From a virus, in IMG/VR virus record IMGVR_UViG_3300002446_000060: a DNA stretch of 64,000 bases. The stretch is one strand, 5' to 3'. A program made the position numbers and the translations under genes. This document shows, one piece after another, positions 40,008 through 48,936 of the stretch. Each line of letters opens with the position of its first letter. Position 1 is the first letter of the stretch. The notes beneath the pieces were generated by a model. It did not search any database and was not told the origin of the DNA. It saw only the letters and a list, made by a program, of their open reading frames with translations.

Positions 40008-40240
40008 CAAATACACCAGAATTAATTTCACTTTGTGGTGGAAAATACTCTGTTAAAAATAACAATGGGGTTCTTGAAGTTTATAGGCATGGTGAACGCT
40101 GGCCTGAAAAAGAGAAACAACTAATTGGTGATGGTTTTGTATTAGCTTTGGTTCAAGAGATTGAAGAGTTAAAAGAAAAATTGGGCTTGCAACGAGGAAA
40201 TGGTAGACTGGTTTGCAATACAGTTATCGAAAATCTATAA
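40004..40240 (+). CDS. Hypothetical protein
   Basis: ATGA overlap and SD. Confidence 0.6.
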   Translation: MTNTPELISLCGGKYSVKNNNGVLEVYRHGERWPEKEKQLIGDGFVLALVQEIEELKEKLGLQRGNGRLVCNTVIENL

Positions 40241-40258
40241 AGCAATGAAAGAGGCAAA

Positions 40259-40444
40259 ATGTTTATGAAACAAATCAGCATGAGTGTCGAAGAATTGATT
40301 ACGAATCTGAGCAAATATCCACCATTGGCAAAGGTTTATTTTAATAGCGATGGATGTTATGCTGAAATGGCAATCATGATCTGGAAACTGGTAGAAATCT
40401 CCCTTCGCTGTGATGGTGAAATTTCTGATGATTTGAAAATGTAA
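40259..40444 (+). CDS. Hypothetical protein
   Basis: GAGG SD; part of small-ORF array. Confidence 0.45.
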   Translation: MFMKQISMSVEELITNLSKYPPLAKVYFNSDGCYAEMAIMIWKLVEISLRCDGEISDDLKM

Positions 40445-40457
40445 AAAGGAATAAACT

Positions 40458-40619
40458 ATGAAAATTATTGCAATCGTTGATATTGATGATAACCCTGCAC
40501 GTGTCGTACTCATAGAAGATGATATTGTCGAAATGATTAAAAGCAAAGTGTCGGACAAATACCCAGACGCATATGTAAAAGTTAAATCATTTAATGTGGA
40601 CACAACAGTCCGACTATAA
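40458..40619 (+). CDS. Hypothetical protein (53 aa; absent from ORF track)
   Basis: AAGGA SD; MKIIAIVDIDDNPARVVLIEDD... Confidence 0.5.
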   Translation: MKIIAIVDIDDNPARVVLIEDDIVEMIKSKVSDKYPDAYVKVKSFNVDTTVRL

Positions 40620-40638
40620 ATGATAAAACGAAAAACAT

Positions 40639-40932
40639 ATGATATTTGTTTTAACATTTTTAATCGGTGTCTTTGTCGGAGCAATGATCTGGGCAATGCA
40701 GGATTACATTCGAAACACAAGATTTCATGGTGGAACTACACAAATAAGATTACAGTTGACAAGGATGTTCAGGTTCCAGAACCGCTATGATCGGCGTAAA
40801 TACATGAGAACCATTCCAGAACCGGACAGAACGGCATTAATCGACATGTACAAAGAAATAAAGAATGGTCATGAAGATTTGGATATTGATAAATGGTTGG
40901 ATAATCATCACTATGAGGTAATAAAGAAATGA
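40639..40932 (+). CDS. Hypothetical membrane-anchored protein
   Basis: N-terminal hydrophobic IFVLTFLIGVFVGAMIWA. Confidence 0.55.
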   Translation: MIFVLTFLIGVFVGAMIWAMQDYIRNTRFHGGTTQIRLQLTRMFRFQNRYDRRKYMRTIPEPDRTALIDMYKEIKNGHEDLDIDKWLDNHHYEVIKK

Positions 40933-41165
40933 CGATGTTTAAATTATTGGAATATATCTTCAACCGAATTGGTCATCTTGGCTGTTTTGTTACAATCATA
41001 GATATAAAATCTGGTCAAATGGTGCTTAAAGTATGGAACAAGGCTAGATATGGCGTTGTTTCGATAACAGAAGAATTGTTAAATGATTTGTGTGATTCTA
41101 CCAATGAAAAGCGTAATGAAATGATTGATACAATTCTTCTGTTAAGTGCTTTAAAGGAAAGATAA
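40929..41165 (+). CDS. Hypothetical protein
   Basis: ATGA overlap with the previous ORF. Confidence 0.5.
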   Translation: MTMFKLLEYIFNRIGHLGCFVTIIDIKSGQMVLKVWNKARYGVVSITEELLNDLCDSTNEKRNEMIDTILLLSALKER

Positions 41166-41291
41166 ATGAAATTTAAAATCATAATCACAATATTAATTCT
41201 CATCTTCATAACTGCCTGTGAAGATAAAGGTAATTATGTTGATGTTGGCCCTGTTTTGGTTGATGAAAATCTTTTACCAAAGGATAAATAA
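41166..41291 (+). CDS. Micro-lipoprotein B (41 aa; absent from ORF track)
   Basis: MKFKIIITILILIFITA|CEDKGNYVDVGPVLVDENLLPKDK; lipobox ITA-C; paralog of 38789. Confidence 0.7.
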   Translation: MKFKIIITILILIFITACEDKGNYVDVGPVLVDENLLPKDK

Positions 41292-41461
41292 TGAAATGTT
41301 TCTATTGTGATAAGGAAGCAACCCACAAATCCACAGATATTAAATCAACAGTTTACCATTGTAAAGATTGTGGCTTTGAATTAGTTACAAGATATTTGAA
41401 AAAGTTTCCAGGTACATTAATTTGTACAATGAATCTAAATGAACAGGAGAATCTAAAATGA
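41291..41461 (+). CDS. Small Zn-ribbon protein (56 aa; absent from ORF track)
   Basis: MKCFYCDK...YHCKDCG; TAATG and ATGA overlaps on both sides. Confidence 0.55.
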   Translation: MKCFYCDKEATHKSTDIKSTVYHCKDCGFELVTRYLKKFPGTLICTMNLNEQENLK

Positions 41462-42093
41462 TTGATGTATTTGAACAGATTAAGCCCTTGTTGAGTTTCG
41501 ACACCCCAGACGACTTCTACTATGTTCAAGTGTTCCAACGGCGTAAGGACATGCCAAATGGAGCAAAGAAGAATACAATTATTATCAAGGATTATTACAT
41601 ACATTCTCTTGATTATTTTGAGAAAAAATATCCAGAGATTAAAGCATTGTGTAATTTCTTTGGTGCAAGAGCTGGACTACGTTTAAATAAACGATCATTT
41701 AAGAAAGTATCGTTTAGAACTATGTTGAACATTACTTCCCAAATGATGCAAGAAGATTTTCATTCAACTAAACAAGCATTTTCTAAAGCATGTGGGCAAT
41801 GTCACAATGAATCGTCTGGTAAAACATGGATTGTTGATATTGATGTAAAAGAAAGAGATGTTATTGAGTCTGTAAAAGATCACATTAACAACAACTGTAG
41901 ACCAGATGATACAAATAAGGTTATCATTGAATTACCAACGAAGAATGGTGTTCATCTGATTACAAAACCATTTGATAAATCTCAGTTTGTAAAAGTGTTT
42001 CAGATGGATATTCAATGCGATAATCCAATTAATTTGTATATTCCAGATATGGTTAATAAAGTTGATTTATATGAAGAGGAAGAAATAGCATGA
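41458..42093 (+). CDS. Conserved phage protein with AEP/primase-polymerase-like motifs
   Basis: WIVDID and PTKNGVHLIT resemble AEP motifs I and II; CAGGAG SD. Confidence 0.45.
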   Translation: MIDVFEQIKPLLSFDTPDDFYYVQVFQRRKDMPNGAKKNTIIIKDYYIHSLDYFEKKYPEIKALCNFFGARAGLRLNKRSFKKVSFRTMLNITSQMMQEDFHSTKQAFSKACGQCHNESSGKTWIVDIDVKERDVIESVKDHINNNCRPDDTNKVIIELPTKNGVHLITKPFDKSQFVKVFQMDIQCDNPINLYIPDMVNKVDLYEEEEIA

Positions 42094-42338
42094 AATTATT
42101 TAAGGTTCATTTTATTGATAAAAGAACATATCCAGTTTATGTTGTTGCAAAATCATTTGATGATGCGTCTGAAGAAGTAATATTTCAAATAAATTCAATG
42201 ATCGCAAAATCACCAAAAGTTGAAAAAATAGAGATTATTGCAGATGAGAGCGGTGCATTAAGTTACACATGTCAAAGTAGTTCACCAAGACTATTTATTG
42301 CTAGAAGTTATGATGAATCCGTTAGAAGGAATGAGTAA
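42090..42338 (+). CDS. Hypothetical protein
   Basis: ATGA overlap. Confidence 0.55.
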   Translation: MKLFKVHFIDKRTYPVYVVAKSFDDASEEVIFQINSMIAKSPKVEKIEIIADESGALSYTCQSSSPRLFIARSYDESVRRNE

Positions 42339-42562
42339 TGAAAAACACAAGAAAACAACAACTTTTGAATAGTATTTTAGCAGCAAATCAATTCATTCAA
42401 TCGGCGGAAATAGCTCTTGATGAAATAATTAAATACCAGAATACACAATATGAAGAAGGATATAAAAATGAACCTAAGCCAAGTATAAAGTTTGGAAGAT
42501 GCAAAAATCTAAGTTCAGAACTTAGTTATCAGTTGGTTGAATTGCGTAGAACCAATCTATAA
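42338..42562 (+). CDS. Hypothetical protein
   Basis: TAATG overlap. Confidence 0.55.
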   Translation: MKNTRKQQLLNSILAANQFIQSAEIALDEIIKYQNTQYEEGYKNEPKPSIKFGRCKNLSSELSYQLVELRRTNL

Positions 42563-42625
42563 AACCATAATTAAAATTTACGCAAACGTTGTATAATAAA
42601 CATAATTTAAACTAGGAGAAATGAA

Positions 42626-43849
42626 GTGGCATTGAAACTCAATCAAATTAAAAAAATTAGTTCTAATCCTTGGGCATTTACACTTTCAGATGAAAACTCA
42701 CCTTATTCAATCGATGAATGTGTTGATACAAACTGTTATGCTCTTAATGCTTTTTTGTCAGATGGTGATATCTTTAAAGGTTTACCAATGGGTAAAAGAA
42801 TCTCATTTTCTGGTGAATCATCTACAGCAAAATCATATTTTAATGCTTTCATCATCAAATCATTTTTAGATAAATATGAAGACGGTGTGGTAATTATATT
42901 TGAAACAGAAGGATCATCACTAAGACAGCAAGCAGAATCAATCGGAATTGATATGACAAGAGTCATTGTTGAACCAGTTAATATCATCGAAGAACTTCAC
43001 ACAAATATAATGCAATATTTGAAGAAATTAGAAGATGATTATATGGATACTAAAGAAAGAACAAAGATTTTATTTGCTCTCGATTCGCTTGGTATGCTTA
43101 GTTCAAATAAAGAAATTGATGATAAATTAGCTGGAAACAATACGAGAGATATGACTAAAGCTCAAGCTATTAAAGGAATGTATAGAGCTATTTCGTTGAA
43201 ATTATCATTGCTATCAATTTCTCTGTTGACAATCAATCACTCATATACGAACATTGGTGGTTATGGTGATTCTCAAGTAGAAGGTGGCGGCTCAGGATTT
43301 CAATATAGCGGAGATGTTAGATTTCTTCTTTCAAAATCTCAAAAACGAACTGGTAATATTCAAACGGGCGTAACAATTCGTCTCAAAGTTAAAAAGTCAA
43401 GATTTATTAAAGAGAATCAAACAATAGAGATTGATCTGGACTTTGAAAAGGGTCTCAATAAGTATTCCTATATGGTAGAGTTTGCAGATGCTTGTGGCAT
43501 GCTTAAATCATCAGATACCATGGTTAAATTTGAAGGCAATGAATATCCAAGAGCAATGTTTGAAGAAAAATTTGGCGAATATTTCAATGAAGAAAAAATG
43601 AAAATACTAGCTGATAGAATTAAAAAAATGCTTGGTTTTGGTGCTGATGATTGTATTGAGACAATGAATATTGATAAACTTATCAATCATGGTGTAACTC
43701 TTGGGTTCATTACTGATACACCCAGAACAATCATTTTACCAGATGGAACTAAAATCAAGAAAAATGAACTTAGAGCCAACGAAGAATTGATTCCAAAAGA
43801 GTTAATTGAACAAATTAAAAATAAACTTAAAGAACAACAAACGTCATAG
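42626..43849 (+). CDS. uvsX: RecA-like recombinase UvsX
   Basis: ALNAFLSD..GLP, SGESSTAKS, FETEG, LDSLG, INHSY and GGGSGFQY motifs; C-terminal extension. Confidence 0.93.
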   Translation: MALKLNQIKKISSNPWAFTLSDENSPYSIDECVDTNCYALNAFLSDGDIFKGLPMGKRISFSGESSTAKSYFNAFIIKSFLDKYEDGVVIIFETEGSSLRQQAESIGIDMTRVIVEPVNIIEELHTNIMQYLKKLEDDYMDTKERTKILFALDSLGMLSSNKEIDDKLAGNNTRDMTKAQAIKGMYRAISLKLSLLSISLLTINHSYTNIGGYGDSQVEGGGSGFQYSGDVRFLLSKSQKRTGNIQTGVTIRLKVKKSRFIKENQTIEIDLDFEKGLNKYSYMVEFADACGMLKSSDTMVKFEGNEYPRAMFEEKFGEYFNEEKMKILADRIKKMLGFGADDCIETMNIDKLINHGVTLGFITDTPRTIILPDGTKIKKNELRANEELIPKELIEQIKNKLKEQQTS

Positions 43850-43858
43850 TATATAGAA

Positions 43859-43889
43859 ATGAGGGAGAAGTTATCAGCTTCTCCCTCAT
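43859..43889 (+). terminator. Hairpin after uvsX
   Basis: atgagggagaag/cttctccctcat 12-bp stem, without a strong U-tract. Confidence 0.6.
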
Positions 43890-43921
43890 AATCTAATAAC
43901 TATTGCGGAGTTACCAGACCT

Positions 43922-45886
43922 ATGTATAATATACTACAATGCAGAGAGATTTTACAAGACTTTTTTGATAATTTTAAATCACTTCTTATCGGTGAATTGA
44001 ATAATAACAACATAAATACAATCAATTCTATCATTCGTTTTACGCAAAACAAAAATATTTTTTTATCATTTGATAAAAAATACCCAAAATTTTTTACCAA
44101 AATTTTAGAGATGTTTTATATTTCTAAATTTAGCATTGATGATATTTTAAATATGATTAGATGCAAACACTGTGGACAAAAAACCAAATATTATAAATTA
44201 TCATATCATGATTATTGTTGTCGCGATTGTGCATCAAAATCTGATATTCGAAAAGAAAAATTTAAAGAATCTTTTAAAAATGTCGATTATGCTGTTAGAC
44301 ATATTAAATCCGAACAAACAAAATTACTTAGGTATAATGATTCAAACTATAATAATCGAACAAAATTTAAAGAAACATGTTTAGAAAAATATGGGACTGA
44401 AAGACCATCAGAGTCAGAAATTATTAAAGATAGAATTAAAGAAACGAATAAAATTCGTTATGGCGTTGAAAATGTTTTTCAATCTGAACAAATTAAACAA
44501 AAAATTAAAGATACTAATATAGAACGATATGGCGTAGAAAACGTCTATCAATCTGAAATTATTAAGGATAAAATTAAACAAACTAATCTTGAAAGATATG
44601 GTTATGAACATGCGATGCATTCAGAGGAAATTAAAGAACGACATAGACAAACATGTTTGGAAAAATATGGTGTTGAAAATAATTTTCAATCTGAATCATC
44701 CAAAACTAAAATGAGAGTAACATGTTTAGAAAAATATGGTGTAGAATATTATGCACAAACAAATGAGTGTCAAAAAAGAAAGTGCGAAACCAATCAAATT
44801 AGATATGGGTCAAATACATTTACTGAAGCTCATTTAACGAATGTTGATGATATGAATTATGATTTCATAAAAGAAAATTTTATAAAAGATGGCTTCATAT
44901 CACTTGATAAATTGATGGAATATTTTAATTGTTCAGCAAGTTTTTATTATCAAATGTTACGTGATAGATTTGGTTTTGATGAAGGCGTTAAACCATCACA
45001 ACACAGAACACAACTTAAAATATATGAATGGATATTATCATTAAATATTAACGCTAAAAATGATGATAGAAAAATTTTATCAGGTAAAGAGCTCGATATT
45101 CTATTACCTAACAATAATCTAGCCATAGAATATGACGGATTAATGTTTCATTCATTTGGCAAATCGAATCACTCAATGTTTAATAATCATTTAATTGAGA
45201 ATTCTAATAAGCATGTTATTAAAACTGACGAATGTAAAAAACAAGGTATTCAATTGTTACATATTTTTGAAAATGAATGGTTAAATAAAGAAAATATTTG
45301 GAAAAGTGTCATCAAATCTAAATTAGGCTTGAATGAAAGAATATTTGCTAGAAAATGTGCCATTAGAAAAATTGACAATGTTATTAAAACAGAATTCTTA
45401 AATAATAATCATCTTCAGGGCAACTGTTCAAGCTCAATTAATATTGGACTTTATTATGATAATGAATTGGTATCTGTTATGACGTTTGGCAAATCGCGTT
45501 ACAATAAAAATTATGAATATGAATTAATAAGATTTTGTAATAAACTTAATTTAAACGTAATTGGAGGTGCTTCTAAGCTCTTATCTTACTTCATTAAGAA
45601 TTATACACCCAAGAGCCTAATCAGCTATGCTAATCGGCGTTGGAGTGATGGTAATATGTATAATAAATTAGGATTCAATTTAATAAATACTTCAGAACCA
45701 AACTATTTTTATTTTTTACCAACAGAATATATATTGCATTCTAGATTAAAATTTCAAAAACATAAGCTGAGTCAAATATTTCATAATTATGATGAAACAT
45801 TAACTGAAACAGAAAATATGTACAATAATGATTATAGAAAAATATATGATTGCGGTAATTATGTCTTTATAAAAATATTTTATTAA
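43922..45886 (+). CDS. Hef-like homing endonuclease
   Basis: Same architecture as 5943..8021: CKHC..YCCRDC, TCLEKYG repeats, ELDILLP..AIEYDGLMFHS and ELIRFC..SYANRRWS. Confidence 0.8.
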   Translation: MYNILQCREILQDFFDNFKSLLIGELNNNNINTINSIIRFTQNKNIFLSFDKKYPKFFTKILEMFYISKFSIDDILNMIRCKHCGQKTKYYKLSYHDYCCRDCASKSDIRKEKFKESFKNVDYAVRHIKSEQTKLLRYNDSNYNNRTKFKETCLEKYGTERPSESEIIKDRIKETNKIRYGVENVFQSEQIKQKIKDTNIERYGVENVYQSEIIKDKIKQTNLERYGYEHAMHSEEIKERHRQTCLEKYGVENNFQSESSKTKMRVTCLEKYGVEYYAQTNECQKRKCETNQIRYGSNTFTEAHLTNVDDMNYDFIKENFIKDGFISLDKLMEYFNCSASFYYQMLRDRFGFDEGVKPSQHRTQLKIYEWILSLNINAKNDDRKILSGKELDILLPNNNLAIEYDGLMFHSFGKSNHSMFNNHLIENSNKHVIKTDECKKQGIQLLHIFENEWLNKENIWKSVIKSKLGLNERIFARKCAIRKIDNVIKTEFLNNNHLQGNCSSSINIGLYYDNELVSVMTFGKSRYNKNYEYELIRFCNKLNLNVIGGASKLLSYFIKNYTPKSLISYANRRWSDGNMYNKLGFNLINTSEPNYFYFLPTEYILHSRLKFQKHKLSQIFHNYDETLTETENMYNNDYRKIYDCGNYVFIKIFY

Positions 45887-45979
45887 ATATTATTATAATG
45901 TATAGATATAAAATTATTAAATCATTTAGCGATGAACAAAAGAAATTTATAAGTAGAATAAAGGAATTGGCTAATAAAT

Positions 45980-46249
45980 ATGATAAAATTTCCAATAGTT
46001 GATGTTATCAATAAATATAATGTCAAAGAAGAATGTTTCGAACAAATTTTCACAATTAAAATGTTACAACAATCTGGTTCTTTAGTAATAAAGTGTATAC
46101 ATGGAAATAGTATGGTTGGCTCCAAAACATGTAATGATTGCGAATACAATAGTGGATTTGATTATGCAAAAGCTGAAATAAAATGCAATTGTTCTGATTG
46201 GGTAAATTATATTGTTAGCACCGATAATATTTCTAATTTGGTTGAATAA
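45980..46249 (+). CDS. Hypothetical Cys-rich protein
   Basis: CIHG..CNDC..CNC; AAGGA upstream. Confidence 0.5.
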   Translation: MIKFPIVDVINKYNVKEECFEQIFTIKMLQQSGSLVIKCIHGNSMVGSKTCNDCEYNSGFDYAKAEIKCNCSDWVNYIVSTDNISNLVE

Positions 46250-46252
46250 AAT

Positions 46253-46666
46253 ATGAGTAAAGAAAAATTTAATTACGCTGAATTTTTTAATGAAATTGAA
46301 TCCAATTTATCTGTTCATGCACATGATCTCGATAAAAAGATTTATGAAGCGCCAAATGCACATAATAAAATTATGCGTCAAATTACATTAGAAAAAAATA
46401 AACTAAATAAATTAGAAACTAAATATAATAAAATCTTTGCAAAGTTATATCATCATTATCGTTATGAATACGAATTTAAATTAGAATCTAAAGATGTTGC
46501 TATATTTTATTTAAAAAAAGATGATGAATTTCTGCAAATAAATGATGAATTAAATGATCAAAGACTATTGGTTGATACGCTTGAAAAGTGGATGAAGAAA
46601 GCTAATGCCATAACATTTGAAATTAAAAATATTCTAGAGTATTTGAAGTGGAGCAGCGGTAAATAA
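46253..46666 (+). CDS. uvsY: Recombination mediator UvsY
   Basis: Helical ~137 aa; LYHHYR and FEIKNILEYLKW pattern; near uvsX. Confidence 0.75.
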   Translation: MSKEKFNYAEFFNEIESNLSVHAHDLDKKIYEAPNAHNKIMRQITLEKNKLNKLETKYNKIFAKLYHHYRYEYEFKLESKDVAIFYLKKDDEFLQINDELNDQRLLVDTLEKWMKKANAITFEIKNILEYLKWSSGK

Positions 46667-46686
46667 AATCCAGCTATCAATATAAT

Positions 46687-46716
46687 ATGAGAAGTATTGT
46701 TTATGATACTTCTCAT
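46687..46716 (+). terminator. Terminator after uvsY
   Basis: atgagaagtat/atacttctcat stem followed by TATTTTTTC. Confidence 0.6.
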
Positions 46717-46764
46717 TATTTTTCAGTAAATATCACCATATAAAAAACTTCAGGAGATAAACTC

Positions 46765-48603
46765 ATGCTCAAACTCAATAAAACACAACTTCAAGAATTA
46801 GAAAAATTTGTTGAGCATTATCAGAATTCAATAAACGCGGCGAGTGGATCATTAGTGGATGCGAATGCTAATGTGACTGAGAAAAATGTGATAACAATGA
46901 TGGGTGAATTTGTTAAACCTATCATGATTCAATATAATCGACATATTAGATATGATCAAATTCAAAAAAATTTCGGTAAGGAAGTAGCTGATCAATATCT
47001 AAAAGATATAGAAAATCATACAATATACGTTCATGACGAATCCCGCGCTAGTGTGCCTTATTGTTTATCAATATCACTTTTCCCATTCTTAAATCATGGT
47101 TCAACTTGTATTGGTGGAAACACTGAAGCACCGAAGCACCTATCTTCATTTTGCGGCGGATTTATTAATTTGATTAACCAGATTGCAGCTCAAGTTGCTG
47201 GTGCTGTTGCCACACCTTCATTTTTAGTATGTTTTGATTATTTTGCAAGAAAAGATTATGGTGATAATTATTTAGAAGATCATAAGAAAGAAATAGATCA
47301 ATATTTACAAGCCGTCACTTATTATTTAAATGAACCTTGTTCGGGTCGAGATGGTCAGTCAGTATTCTGGAATATATCTATCTTTGATGAAACATATTTA
47401 AAGGGTCTCTATTCTGATTTTGTTTATCCAGACGAAAACTTTTCGAGAGTTAATTTTGAATATGTGAATAAACTTCAAAAATATTTCCTCAAATGGTTCA
47501 ATAAAGAAAGAACAAAGAAATTATTAACATTCCCCGTTATTACTTGCGCTATGGCTTATGATGAAAATAAAAATATCAAAGATCAAGAATTTTCATCCTT
47601 TATAGCCAACGAATTATCTGAAGGTAGCGGATTTTTTGTTTATCTATCTGATAATATAGATTCACTTTCAAGTTGTTGCAGATTAAGAAATGAATCTAAG
47701 AATGAATTTTCTTATACTCTCGGAAATGTTGGAGAAATGACTGGTTCTGTTCATGTTATAACAATCAATATGAATAGATTCATTCAGAACACTAAGAGAG
47801 AGTATAATACAAATCAACAATCGTTTGATAGTTTTCTCAATGAGAAATTAAAAGAACTTATTCAAAGAATACATAAATATCATTATTCAACAAGAGAAAT
47901 TTATAGACATATTATGGAAAAGAAAATGTATTCTGTTTATAATGCTCAATTCATTAAAATGGATAGACAATTTTCGACTATCGGTATAAATGGTCTAGTT
48001 GAGGGTGCTGAATTTCTTGGTTATAGTATCGATCCTAACGAAGCTTATATGAATTTCTGTTCAGAGCTTTTGAAAACAATTTCAACAGCCAATAAAGAAG
48101 CTAAACAGATTTATAAAGTTATGTTCAATACTGAATTTGTTCCTGGCGAAAATGCTGGTTATAAATTAGCTCAGTGGGATAAAAAAGATGGATATGTTGT
48201 TCCAAGAGAATGTTATAATTCATATTTTTATCGTGTTGAAGATAATTCTTTGAATATAATTGATAAAGGTAAATTGCATGGTGATCAAGTAACAAAATAT
48301 CTTGATGGTGGTAGTGCTTATCATATTAACTTAGAAGAATATTTGAATGCCGCACAATATGAAAAAATGTTTCATATTATGGCAATATTAGGAGTCAATT
48401 ATTTCTGCACTAATGTTAAGATAACTTGTTGTGAAGAAAAAGATTGCGGTTTTATTGATAAAAGAACGCTATCGAAATGTTCAAAATGCGGCGGTGAAAA
48501 TATTTCACATGCCACCAGAATAATAGGGTATCTCCGAAAAGTAAGCAATTTTTCAGAAGCTCGCCAAGTCGAAGAATCTTTAAGATTTTATCATAAAGAA
48601 TAA
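46765..48603 (+). CDS. nrdD: Anaerobic (class III) ribonucleotide reductase, no ATP cone
   Basis: IYVHDE, SSCCRL, VPGENAG, LDGGSA, CxxxxC..CSKC and TRIIGYL glycyl-radical motif. Confidence 0.95.
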   Translation: MLKLNKTQLQELEKFVEHYQNSINAASGSLVDANANVTEKNVITMMGEFVKPIMIQYNRHIRYDQIQKNFGKEVADQYLKDIENHTIYVHDESRASVPYCLSISLFPFLNHGSTCIGGNTEAPKHLSSFCGGFINLINQIAAQVAGAVATPSFLVCFDYFARKDYGDNYLEDHKKEIDQYLQAVTYYLNEPCSGRDGQSVFWNISIFDETYLKGLYSDFVYPDENFSRVNFEYVNKLQKYFLKWFNKERTKKLLTFPVITCAMAYDENKNIKDQEFSSFIANELSEGSGFFVYLSDNIDSLSSCCRLRNESKNEFSYTLGNVGEMTGSVHVITINMNRFIQNTKREYNTNQQSFDSFLNEKLKELIQRIHKYHYSTREIYRHIMEKKMYSVYNAQFIKMDRQFSTIGINGLVEGAEFLGYSIDPNEAYMNFCSELLKTISTANKEAKQIYKVMFNTEFVPGENAGYKLAQWDKKDGYVVPRECYNSYFYRVEDNSLNIIDKGKLHGDQVTKYLDGGSAYHINLEEYLNAAQYEKMFHIMAILGVNYFCTNVKITCCEEKDCGFIDKRTLSKCSKCGGENISHATRIIGYLRKVSNFSEARQVEESLRFYHKE

Positions 48604-48654
48604 AAATTATCCTCTGTATTATATGTTATTATATTAATACAGAGGATAATTTTT
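48602..48654 (+). promoter_or_regulatory. 20-bp perfect hairpin after nrdD; right arm carries GAGGA just before ATG 48655
   Basis: aaaaattatcctctgtatta / taatacagaggataattttt; TGnTATTAT lies in the loop region. Confidence 0.6.
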
Positions 48655-48861
48655 ATGAGATGTTATAATTGTTTTTCAGGAGTTGAAGTAATGAAAAATT
48701 AGTCAAAAGTTATTGGAACACTATTAGACGATTTAAGTTCTTCTAATTTTGGTATTAGATCAATCGAAAGTTTCGAATATCCAGAACTTAAAAAGATTCA
48801 ATCAGATTTAAAAAAATTGCGTGGTGATGTTGATAATTTATTTTATAAAATTAAAGTTTGA
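48655..48861 (+). pseudogene. Small ORF interrupted by an in-frame TAG (48700-48702)
   Basis: MRCYNCFSGVEVMKN*SKVIGTLLDD...KIKV; frame stays open for 52 codons after the TAG; second SD CAGGAG before ATG 48691. Confidence 0.4.
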
Positions 48862-48872
48862 TTAAATAATTG

Positions 48873-48932
48873 TTTACATACAATCTCCTTTGGTGTATAA
48901 TCTTATTATAGATAAAAACACTAAAGGAGATT
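48873..48932 (+). promoter_or_regulatory. Sigma70/T4-early promoter overlapping an RBS-sequestering hairpin
   Basis: TTTACA(48873)-17-TATAAT(48896); arms 48882-48896 and 48918-48932 (15 bp, one G:U), right arm contains AAGGAG. Confidence 0.75.
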
Positions 48933-48936
48933 TTTT

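Noticed and set aside
38789-41291. Micro-lipoproteins as o-spanins
   Set aside because: They lie in an early small-gene array far from lysis genes with no overlapping i-spanin; not excluded but less likely.
3243-48603. Inteins or group I introns in gp17, uvsX, nrdD or gp52
   Set aside because: ORFs are continuous and of normal length, with no C-terminal HN-C/S/T intein junctions or LAGLIDADG motifs seen.
24724-48702. Genome-wide TAG stop-codon reassignment
   Set aside because: Genes tile well under the standard code; TAG ends the portal gene (overlapping the next start) and uvsX (before a hairpin); only one small ORF has an internal TAG.
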